Assembly: GCF_003704095.1 (NCBI RefSeq)
Contig: NW_020844174.1
Location: forward strand, 186,001-250,000
Direction of reading: 5' to 3'
Length of the DNA: 64,000 nucleotides
Origin: Pocillopora damicornis
Taxonomy: Eukaryota
Numbering within the stretch: the first letter of the stretch is position 1; each line of letters opens with the position of its first letter. The notes beneath the pieces are model-generated. The model worked only from the letters and a program-made list of their open reading frames with translations. It did not search any database and was not told the origin of the DNA. Below are positions 50,301 through 61,300 of the stretch, one piece after another. The translations under genes and the position numbers were made by a program.

Positions 50301-53300
50301 CAGTAATTTTGCCCTTTATTGATAAAGGAAGTAATCACCAACTAAAAAAGCTCTTGATTGTTAAACAAATTCTCCTCGTCAGCACCTTAGGAAATGTATA
50401 GAGCATAGTATGGAGAGTTAGGATGTAAATTGTTAATATCTTTGCTCTCACTTGCTGTGCTTATTTTGGGGCAGGGCATAATAAAGTAAATAAGGTCGTA
50501 TACCGATGAACTGATCTTATGTTATGCATATTTGCCAGGTAACCATGGGGAAGATGTGAAGGAGTGCTATTACTATGTTGACTCCACGCCAACTCATTCC
50601 TACATGAAGGCTTTGTATAAATACCCTCAGAATGAATATCCCTATGGCTGGATCGTTCATGAAAATCAAAACAGATCACGGCAAGAACCTGAGTTTGAAC
50701 TCACTGATACTGGTAAGGGAACGACAATCTGAAACAATGAAGTAATAATTTGAGGAGACTTGTTTCAAATTCCAATGTTTTCAATTTGCATTGTTGTGCT
50801 CCATGGAATTGCCTCTGAATGTTTTATGTCCGCTTATTATTTCAACGATTTGGCTTGTTTTTTTTTCATCTTTCACTCAGGCCATATTTGATCAGTACTA
50901 ATATGCTCAGATAGACTCTACATGCATTGAAAAGGCTAGAAGCCAAAATACCAGAAAATGAAATAACAGTGGAGACATAAATCCTTCATTCATGGGTTTA
51001 ACATATATTACAATTTCACATTTTACTCATTGCTTGTATTTTTTCCTCACCCCTAAGGGGCTTGGTAAAATACTATGTAACTCACAAAATATCTGTTCAT
51101 CTTATGTGAAACCATCAAATAAAATGAATGAATCTAATCAAATGAAAATGATACCTCAGTATTGGTAGATGTCACTGGGTGGATCAAAAGGTACCTGCTA
51201 TATGCTGAAGTATCAGTTGAACCTTACAGGTGCTTTGCTTTCTAATTAAATCACAATCTTGGTTTATTTGCAGTGCTGAACAACATTATTTGGGCTGTCG
51301 AAATATTAATCTAAATGTCTTGTCTTCTTATAAGACAGTAGCTCGATCTGATTTGAATATGTGTCTAAATTTCTTCAAGGTGTATTTAATGAAAGTCGCT
51401 ACTGGGACATTACTGCAGAATATGCAAAGAACACACCAAATGACATCCTCATCAAAATAACTGTAGCAAACCGAGGTCCAGACACAGCACGAATTCACAT
51501 TTTACCAACATTGTGGTTCAGGAACACATGGATCTGGGGTTGCAAACATGAAGGATGCACTCGCAAGGCAAATATGAAACAAACTGCTCCCAACACAGTG
51601 ACATGCTCTCATGAAACCTTGGGAAAGTACACATTTGTTTTTGATGTGAACTCTGAAAGTGAGATTCCAGAATTGCTCTTCACTGAGAATGAAACAAACA
51701 CAGCGGTATGTTAACCAATTTATTTCAGACTGGGCTGATTGTTACTTAGGTATAAGCTCAATGTTAGAGCAAGGTAGAGGGATTTTCATAAAAATTTTAA
51801 CCCTAAATGAGTTTCAAATAAGCAAGAACAGAAGACGATATATTCAGAGGGCACCCCTATGACCTTAAGAAGTGTTCCCTGAATACAGGTTTCCCAACAG
51901 GTTGAAACTTAAAAAGGTACAAAAGTTACTAGAGCATTTTAGCACTCTGGAGCAAATTTGGGTCCTTTGAATTGAGGTGTCTCCTGGATTGAAAATCTTG
52001 ATCAATTAGAAACTCGTATTGGACTTCAAAGGTTTCATGTCAAGAGTAGGGCTATCCTTAAAGTCTACCGAATCCATTTACGTACAATTTCCATGATCTG
52101 CAACTCCCAGCTTAATTGTGCCCCCTTATTAATTGGATGGATCATTTAAGGAAGTAGGCAGCACTAGCTCTTCTTGGTCAAGTCTTTGGTGTTACTTGGC
52201 CCATAACTGTGGGAGCTCATTTCCAGTTTCTTGGGCATGAAGAGACAAGGAGTATGTTACTCTTCTGCAATGGAATGCTACTCGATCTCAAGTAACCCCA
52301 ACCCCCTCCTTCCCAAACATTTTGTCAGGCTTCTTGGACATCTTGCAAGTACCCATTTACAAATTTAGGTGGGGAAGGATACTGTGAGAATAAAGTGTCT
52401 TGCTCAAGAAAATAATACGATGACCTGGCCAAGGTTCACAACCAGACGGCTTGATCCATAGAGCAGTGCGCAATTCACTAAGCCACTGAATTTCACGTGC
52501 TTACTGCTAACTATATACAGTTAAAGAAATCTGTTCTACAAAAACAATTAGCATATCAAAAGTTTATTAAACAACCAGTGGTGAATAATAAAAATAAGTG
52601 TTCGAAATGGATTAACGTGAACCCTTTGATTTTCCATCGTGAATTTTTCAAGTAAATGCGTAAGCACCTCAGGTCTGTTCAGTGCTGTTTGATTTATCAG
52701 ACAGAATGACTGACTTACTATTTTCATCCTGTTTGTAGCGTCTGTTTAATTTAGAAAACTATACAACCTTTACAAAGGATGCCTTTCACCGTTACATCAT
52801 TAATGGCGAAAAAGATGCAGTAAACGTAAAGAAAAAAGGCACAAAAGTAGCTCCTTATTACGTTCTTGTTGTTCCTGCCGACGAGGAACGTGTCTTAAGG
52901 TGCCGCCTGATGGCTGACGACGAGATTGTATCAGATCCATTCGCTGAGAGGAATTTTGGAGCCGTGATGCAGAAACGAATCAAAGAAGCAGACGAGTTCT
53001 ATAATATCGCAATACCTGGTGAGTTTATTTCTAGGCGAAGGAAAAATAAATTTTGGCTGTGTGTGAAGATAAGCAACTTGCCTGGCCGGTNNNNNNNNNN
53101 GGTGTTTGTGAGAGAATATCTAAAGTAGGTACAAGTCATGATGCTGAAATTCTGATCGGAACCTTGAGCAACTCTGATATTCTAGGTGGTTCTTTTTTTG
53201 GACCATTTTTTCGGAAATCCTCGATTGACAATTATGAAATAATTTGCTATAATTAGTTAGTTGGTTGTAATCTTATTGCACAGTAAGCTTAGGAAAGTCC

Positions 53301-56300
53301 TACTCAGTTTAGCATACAAAACCCACCTCCATCGTGGTACACACATGCAGGCTTTTCATCCTTACCCTCTGACAAATTGTCATTCATTAGATGGCTTAAC
53401 TGACGAGGAAACCCAAGTTTCTCGACAGTCGTACGCTGGTCTGCTGTGGAGCAAACAGTTTTACCATTACATAATTCAAGACTGGTTAAAAGGAGACCCG
53501 GAGGCGCCGGCTCCACCGAGGGACAGACTCAAAGGAAGGAACTCAGAGGCAGAATGGGCCCAGCTATTCAACAGAGATGTTGTTTCCATGCCAGACAAGT
53601 GGGAGTATCCATGGGTGAGTCGAACAATTATCAACGTTTTTTTTTCCAATTTAAGGTGGCACTATGAGATCATGACACCATCGTTGGAGACCAGAAGATA
53701 ACTGATCGGGCCAGGTTGATTCAAGACAGGAAGGGAAGGGACAAAGTTACATTAGAATTGGGTGAAAATCGGTGCGACAATTTCGGCTTCACCGTTTCCC
53801 GACTCAATTTTTTCCCTACGTTTGAAACACTGCTCTGATCTCAGGAAGTGTCGATGAATGAGGGTGTGCTCCTTCCAAAAATCTGGATGTGGTTGTTAAG
53901 AAATCGGTTTCCATGCTTTTATTGTCCTCTTAACATGGTTTTATATTGCGTACGTTGCGTTTTGATTCGCTTACAGGACATAGGTTATGGGCCCTGAGTC
54001 AGTCTCTTACAGTGACTCGTAAAAAAAAAAAACCGACTTCATCAAACTAAGACTATGCGAAACACGTTCCCTTAATCAAACCAAGCCACTAGTTTTCAGA
54101 TCTTTAAATGTGACTGTTATTAGTGACTAAACGTTTCTTCGAACAACTCTTTTTTTTAAGTATGCCACATGGGACCTAGCATTCCACATGCTGGCGTTCA
54201 GCAAAATCGATCCACAGTTTGCCAAAGACCAGTTACTTTTGTTCCTCCGGGAGTGGTACATGGCCCCCAACGGTCAGCTCCCAGCCTATGAGTTTGCCCT
54301 GGGGGATGTGAACCCCCCGGTTCATGCACTTGCATGTCTCATGGTCTACAAGATGACGGGCCGTAAAGGAGCAAGGGACGACGAATTTTTAGCTCGATGT
54401 TTCCAGAAACTGCTCATAAACTTCACGTGGTAAGAGAACGTTACATTTAACTAGTTGCACTCTTAAAAATCATCGCATGTAGAGAGAAAATTCATTCCGT
54501 GCGAAGAGAGCTGCTGCACTTGTCAACTTTGTTTAATAAGTTAAAGTTTACACGGTTGTAAGACGAAGAGTGCAGCACTTCTCCTGATCAGAGAATTTTT
54601 CTATTCCTTACTTGTTAACAGGTGGGTGAACAGAAAGGATCCCTCAGGAAAGAACATATTTGGTGGTGGTTTTCTTGGACTTGATAACATTGGTGAGCAA
54701 TCTTGAGTAATGCGAACTCTTGAATGCGTTCCAAGCACGGCTAACTGTCAATCCACTTAGTTAATACTTTCCATTCCTGTAAATGGTAGTATTGAAAATG
54801 TATGTCACATCTGCTATTATCACATCATTGGAAGTTAGGAAAATCTTCGCTCTTTCCACCTTGTTATTAATGGATATTAACGTCTTGCAACTTCTTTTTA
54901 AGGAATATTTGATCGGTCAAAGGATTTGCCTATTCACGCAAATCTCTTGCAGGTACGGTTGTTTTTCTTTTTGTCATTTCTTTCATTCAGGTCTCCTCCT
55001 GTCTTAGTAAGCGAGAATGTCGATGTAAAATGACGCTCTGAAGTCTCTCATATTTGCTTCGCCTAGGAAAAACAATGTTGACGTAAACAGTGGCAATTTA
55101 ATTTACAGTTGCGTCCTTTTAAACTTTCATGGACGATTCTGGTGACTTTCTGTTTCTTATTCTCACCTTAGGCTGACGGCACCGCGTGGATGGCTTTCTA
55201 CTGTGTTATAATGTTGAACATCGCTCTGGATCTCTCAATGAAAGACGACACCTATGAAGACATGGCATCTAAGTTTTTCGAGCATTTCACGCAAATTTCA
55301 GACGCCATAAATGAAATGTCTGACGGTGTTGGTTTATGGGATCCAGTCGATGGATTTTATTACGATCATCTCACTACCGAGACGTGTTCTTTACCATTGC
55401 GCGTGCGCAGCATGGTCGGCCTCGTTCCTTTGATGGCATGCCTTGTGCTTGATGACGAATACATGGAAAAACTTCCTGGATTTAGAAAACGACTCGAGTG
55501 GTTCATGAAGAACCGACCAGACCTTGCTTCTCAGGTTAGTGACCTGCTAGACACTGAGTAGTGAATCAGTGCTCCAGGAAAGAAGAAGAAAACATCGGTG
55601 TCCACACACTTGTTCTGTTTTTACTATATGAAAAGAAAGGTAAAATCGAGTAACCTATCGTGATGCCCCTTTTTGAGCGAGACTCATTTTTTCATCCGCG
55701 GTCGGAAGAGGACAAAGAAAACCAAAGTGGTGCGAAATTTCGCGTTGTATGTTTTGCAGTGCTCGGCAACTTCAGGGTCTTGAAAACCTTGTCGCACTTT
55801 TCTTTTTGTAGGTGTCGTACATGGATGGGGATGGCGAGAGCCAATATCACCATTTGCTTGCTATACCCACCAAGGATCAGCTGCACCGTGTACTCAGCTA
55901 CATGTTAGACGAAGATGAGTTCCTGTCCCCTTTTGGTATCCGTTCCTTGTCCAAGTTTCACGAGAAGAACCCATTTAAATTAGAACTAAACGGTGAAGTT
56001 TACAGCGTGCAGTATGTGCCAGGAGAATCGGACACATTCATGTTTGGTGGGAACAGCAACTGGCGAGGACCCATCTGGGTTTGTAGTAAGTACTGAGTAA
56101 ACTTATGCCCAACACCACTCTAGTGAGATTGGTCAAATAGGCTTGTCAACGGGAGAGTTACTAATAGGTAGTTTAAGGTGATCCTCAGCAATGCACTTTG
56201 CATCCCGCTCGGCGCATTTTCGCGCCTTGCTGCCCAAAATTAGTCACAGCTTTTCTTTCTAGGAAATTGCCTTAAATCTCCGAGTGCCAATCGTCAAGCG

Positions 56301-57331
56301 CGCATGGTGGATCTCGTAGATCGCTCACTTTCAGTAAACGTTTGCATAATTTTCCATGACTTCTAGTCCCTGAAAAGACGGAGCAAATTAACTCTCCAAG
56401 TTAGCGCGATTTATGGGAATCAATGTTTTATTGAACGCAAAAATTCAAACTCAAATAGCACTCAGTCAGGTGGTAGACCACTTCCATTCTACGCACAACT
56501 TCTAACGACGTTATTGTGCCGAAGAAGAGAGTGCACTTCTGATTTTCTTCCCTGGTACAAATTTCCTTGTTTTTCAGTGAACTATCTTCTAATTGAGGCT
56601 CTGGAACGTTACGACTATTTCTATGGTGACAAATTCATGATTGAATGCCCCACCCGGTCGGGAAACCTGATGCGCTTACGCGACGTAGCCCTTGAGCTCT
56701 GTCGACGTGTTGTGTCTCTGTTTTTGCCAAATGAACAAGGACGGCGGCCGTGTCATGGTGACGATGACAGGTACACCTATGATGTGTTTTGGAATAATTT
56801 GGTGCTGTTTTACGAGTACTTTCATCCTGAGACGGGACGAGGATGCGGAGCTAGGTAAGTCGTGAAATTAAGGGTACTGTGTTAAGATGCCTAGACTGAG
56901 AAGGCTAGTTCTACCCTGGCTCATAAATTTCACGTTCGTTCGTGGAGCTGCCAAACTAGATCATTCTTCCAAGAAAGCTTAGAAGACTGAAGTGGTACAG
57001 GTTTGTGCCCTCGTTTGATTTTTTCCTCGCTAAGTAGGACAGAACTCGACAATTATGGCACAAAGGTCGGGAGTATTTACGCCAACTCTGTATCAGTCGA
57101 CTCTCGTCAAACGTCATGTTAACTTTATTTATGAGTTATCTCTTTGTTGGAAGACAGATTGACTCAAGAAACTGGTTTCCTCCTTATATTTCCCAACTTA
57201 AGACTTTTTTATATACCACTCCTGTCCATGTTCTGTTGATTGAAACGTTACATTGCGTTCTTCACAGCCATCAAACAGGATGGACGGCTCTGGTTAGTCG
57301 ATTGTTGGAGAAGCTGGCCAAAAACCGTTAA
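47326..57331 (+). CDS. YMR196W-like GH63-related (alpha/alpha)6 glycoside hydrolase, 13 coding exons
   Basis: Exons 47326-47504, 48312-48481, 50539-50712, 51380-51705, 52739-53018, 53391-53614, 54161-54429, 54622-54692, 54903-54952, 55172-55534, 55812-56085, 56578-56854, 57268-57331. Family motifs [91 protein letters not shown] and [11 protein letters not shown]. Confidence 0.92.
48647..49473. mobile_element. Palindromic non-autonomous element with AGGTAATCACATG-type ends
   Basis: 5' end AGGTAATCACATGATTTCAAGTGCAATTTGG; 3' end CCAAATTACACTCAAAATCACATTATTACCT; 5' ~170 bp forms an internal hairpin. Confidence 0.65.
49954..50325. mobile_element. Double-hairpin element nested inside a family B MITE
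   Basis: Starts TATAGGTAATCACATG; inverted arms span ~49958-50120 and ~50121-50325. The family B sequence resumes after it (aggaagtaatcaccaact...agctcttgattgttaaacaaattctcc). Confidence 0.7.
52195..52490 (-). mobile_element. SINE-like element (reverse copy)
   Basis: Reverse complement shares the core with 24625-24865 and has a tRNA-like head (cagtggcttagtg...tcttgagcaagacacttta). Confidence 0.55.
53091..53100. other. Assembly gap (10 N) in a glycosidase intron
   Basis: Run of N. Confidence 1.
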
Positions 57332-58316
57332 AGCATGTAACTCACATTTTGCTACGTCGAAAAGAAGCAGAGAATATCTTTTATGTATCTGTTCGTCCGT
57401 TTGCCATGAGTTTAAGTAAAGCCCCTTTAGTGGACACTGCACGGATTTAGACTAAATAGTTTTGATAGGATTTAAACATAACCATACTTTTATCCTACTT
57501 AATTTTAACTTCAACTTTAACACGCACTTGTCTGACAAGTTGTATCTTTTTACACATCGTAATTTTAAAGCACGTTGTCCAAAAAATTGATTTTTTGCCG
57601 GTGAAAGGAGAATTTTCTTCGTAGGTGTATTGTTTGTATAAATTCCGGTATTTTCTAATAAAAATGTAACAGACCAGAATATCTGGCTTGAGAATTTAGA
57701 AGACGTTTTAAAATGAAAAATAGAACAAGAAAATGATGATGACGCGGAGAAAATAATTTCTTTGTTACGGTTTGCTAGGTTGTCAATTGAAATTCAAGGA
57801 TAAGAACTAGGCAGAATTTTTTTAATGGTTTTATTCATGTTATAAGGCGTAAAGTATTTAAGTTTTGTTATATAGGTATGGTGCAGTTGAGGCATATTTC
57901 TCGAGTCTCTCTTTTTTTTGTAATATTAAAAAACCCTAGCCACAAGAGATGTCATATTTTAAACGGGCATATGTTTCTATTAAAGAAAAATACATCTTTA
58001 TTTCAGTTGCCGTGTAGAAATAAAGGGATTAATGCAGTGTAACCCGGATTTCTCAACATTTCCTTCATGTTGAAAGTTTCCTTTCTTTTCCTTTCCTTTA
58101 CCTTGTAAAAAAATTGTATTCCCTAGAATTCTTACGAGGGACAATTTGGCCTTGTTTTAGCCAAGAAACCTCATTTGGTAATGGCGCTGTTTTCTTTATA
58201 CTTTTTAGGTTATAAGTTTCATTACTAGCAATGTGGACGTACTTATCATAACACGATGATATCTTTTTGCACAACACAGTGTACACTTTTATGTGATCGA
58301 TACATCTGTGCGGTCG

Positions 58317-61300
58317 CTAAGTGCTTGATGGAACATCACTAACTTCGGTGATATCAGCACCTCCCGGATTAACGGGTGCTGCAGGTGTGCCAGCTTGCGC
58401 GGGCAAACTAGTAATCCGGGGGTCGTCTGATGCGTCGTTCATCTCCCGTAGTGAAATACTATCCGCAGTGGCAGAGTTTGAATTTTCCTCAATTGTATCT
58501 CTATTTTTTTCATTTTCACTCTCAAGAGTTACGCTATCAGAGTCTCGTTGCACGCCCTCCGTGATCGGAGCTTCAGACGATGGTATCAGGTCGGCTATCA
58601 TCGGAACATCTTCGGAACGAGTCAGTGTATTATCTGTCGTTTTCCTCTCGATAGCAACATCTGCTTGCAAGTCTGGCACGACAGTTTCGGAGGCTTGAAT
58701 AGGATCTCCTACTGGGGAAGTTACTGAAGTATTATTTTCTTTTTGATGTGGTATCGGAGGTGAAAAGGTCTGCTCTAAAGCAGTTGATACAACATCGGTG
58801 TCGGAGCCCGAAGTTTGATCGTTACCTGTGTCGGTTCCCGAAGATCCTTTTGTTTGATGTGAAACTGACGTATTGGCCGAGGAAGTCTGGTAAAAAAGAT
58901 ATTCCAAATTAAGAGGGTGCTATGTTAAGTGAGCAGTTTGTTTTTTAGGCCTGTTGCTGGAACTTGTTTGGTTCCCATGGCAACTTGCCGTTACCTGTTT
59001 ACAGTATGCTCAATAGTGGAGAGTGGCACTGTGAGAGTGGGGGGGGGGGGAGGAAAACTGGAGAATCGTGGTAATGTCAGTGAAACTTGGACATTACAAC
59101 TTATCAGTTTCACGCCGTTTAAGGGAAGACATGACGTGCAAGATTACCTGTGGCTTGACGAGCTGTTGACAGTACTTCAAAGCCTGATCCAACAGAGACG
59201 TTGGGGAGTCTGTTGGTGTGTCCTGACCAAGTTTAAGCGACTCTCCTGAAGCCGACTGTGGTCAAGAAAATTCGTGCATCAATTTTAAAATAGTAACCTG
59301 CGTGAGAGGTACTCAAATTAAATAGGGGCGTGTGATTTAGATCGGCACGCGCAAGCAAGGAGTCACACGCGCGCGACTTCTTCGTCCCACGCGTGTGTGC
59401 GCTCTTTTACGTGTGTTACTTGCGTTCTTGCCCGCACCTGCCACGCGGGCTAAAAATTGTAGCAAAGGTGCAACACACTTCGGACTATCTAACGAGATAG
59501 TTGAATTTCTCAAGTCAAGAGAAGCGCATGCTCTTATTTGTCTAGGATTATGTCATATTTCGTTACACTCAATCCATGGAAGGAGAAGCACTAATTCTCA
59601 AAATGGCTACCGAATTTCTTAAGTCAAGAGATGCGCATGCTCTTATTAGTCTAGGATTACGTCATATTTCGTTACACTCAACCCGCAGAAGGAGAAGCAC
59701 TAATTCTCAAAATGGCTACCGAATTTCTTAAGTCAAGAGATGCGCATGCTCTTATTAGTCTAGGATTATGTCATATTTTGTTACACTCAACCCGCGGAAG
59801 GAGAAGCGCCAATTCTCAAAATGGCTACCGCGCGAAGTTTTGATGTTTCTGAAGACGAAACTACAAGAAAATGCAGTAACCCTGATAATAACTTAAGTAT
59901 TATAATAGGGAAAATGTTCTCCTTAGATTAATCGCAACTAGATTATCTTCTAAGCTCGAATAGCAATCCCTGATTTTGTAAAAACACAGACTACGAACAG
60001 TCTGCAAGGACAAGAGCAAACATCTGAGACTTATGAGACACATAGGCAGTGGAAGAGAGGAGAGGTCGATATAATCTACAAAGGATGGATGTGACTTGTT
60101 GACGTTTTCACTTTATGAACTGTAAGCTGATTCTCTTTCCTGACGACCGGCCATAAAGTACTCTGTTGGCGGATCCCGAAAATTGCGCATGTGCCCAAAA
60201 GTTTCACACTATTGATAATTTTCTTAATTCTCATTAATCATCATATCAATGACATGTTGAAATTGTAAAAGGAATATGGATACTGATCACTCTTTGAAAC
60301 ATAGACGTTGACAGAGTAACGCGGAGTCAGAAGAAACTCACCTGGGAAGCCGTGAACATCTCAAAGGCCTGTGTCAGTAAACCCTCTGTCGCCTGGGTAA
60401 AGCAAACAATACAAATCAACTGAGACAATTTGATGCAAACGTACGTAAGAATAGTGAAGAAAAGAGCTGCAAGAATGGTTAACCTAGGTCAAAAATACTG
60501 ACTGCATTGGCATTTGTTCCAACGAAGGGCTAGCACTACAGACTTCAGCTTATGAAAATATGCTACAGCGTTTCACCTATCTTTATCAAATTATAGCTAA
60601 AAACCAACTAGGTGTTCAACTTGCCCACTGACTTATCACAACAGTCTGTTAAGAAACTGGTAACTTCGTACCTTGACATGGGCCTCGTATCTTTGTCCAG
60701 TTTTCCAGCACTCGTATGCATCCATAACCAGTTGGGAAAGTAACGAGACCTCAACCTTCGTAGCCAGAAATAACAAAGAAATAAATTAGCTGAAACCAGC
60801 ATTTCCTTACAAAAAGAGCCGGGTTTTAACACAATGAACTTCTTCCAATTTTAAGTAGTCTAAGCTGGGATTATACTGAATCCAGTTTCTCTGTTTCTTT
60901 ACACAACAAACTCAAAATAGAGGGACATGATGTGATGATGTGGATGCAAATTTCTGAGATAGAACTGAATAAAAATTTCCAAAAGTATCGAGCGAGGCAC
61001 ATCGTCTTCGTACTCCTCCGGAAAAAAGGGCAAAAGCACAAATGACATAAGTGCCGGGAAGTTCTTTTCTGACGTTTTGACCGGTGAAAAGTAACAAAGA
61101 AACTCACTTATTGAAAGCGAATTAGGGATGGAGATTCCTTAAAAATTTGTCTCCTCTGCCTCCTTGAGGAAGCTTTTACAACAATAGCGACCCTCTAAAA
61201 GCTCTCTGTCAGCAATATGAAATATAGTGCACAGGAGAGAATGAGGTAAGAGACCTGTATCGGCCTCACTCTTAAGGTAATTCGTTTTGAGTTATTTTTA

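Noticed and set aside
47326-57331. Bacterial or fungal contamination as the source of the glycosidase
   Set aside because: It has twelve canonical introns containing host repeats and is contiguous with HGH1 and CABIN1.
59503-59830. Possible CRISPR-like array
   Set aside because: Units are contiguous with no unique spacers, the context is a eukaryotic intron, and there are no cas genes.
61109-61194. Candidate additional CABIN1 exon with AG/GT boundaries
   Set aside because: It has stop codons in all three frames, and the flanking exons join in phase without it.
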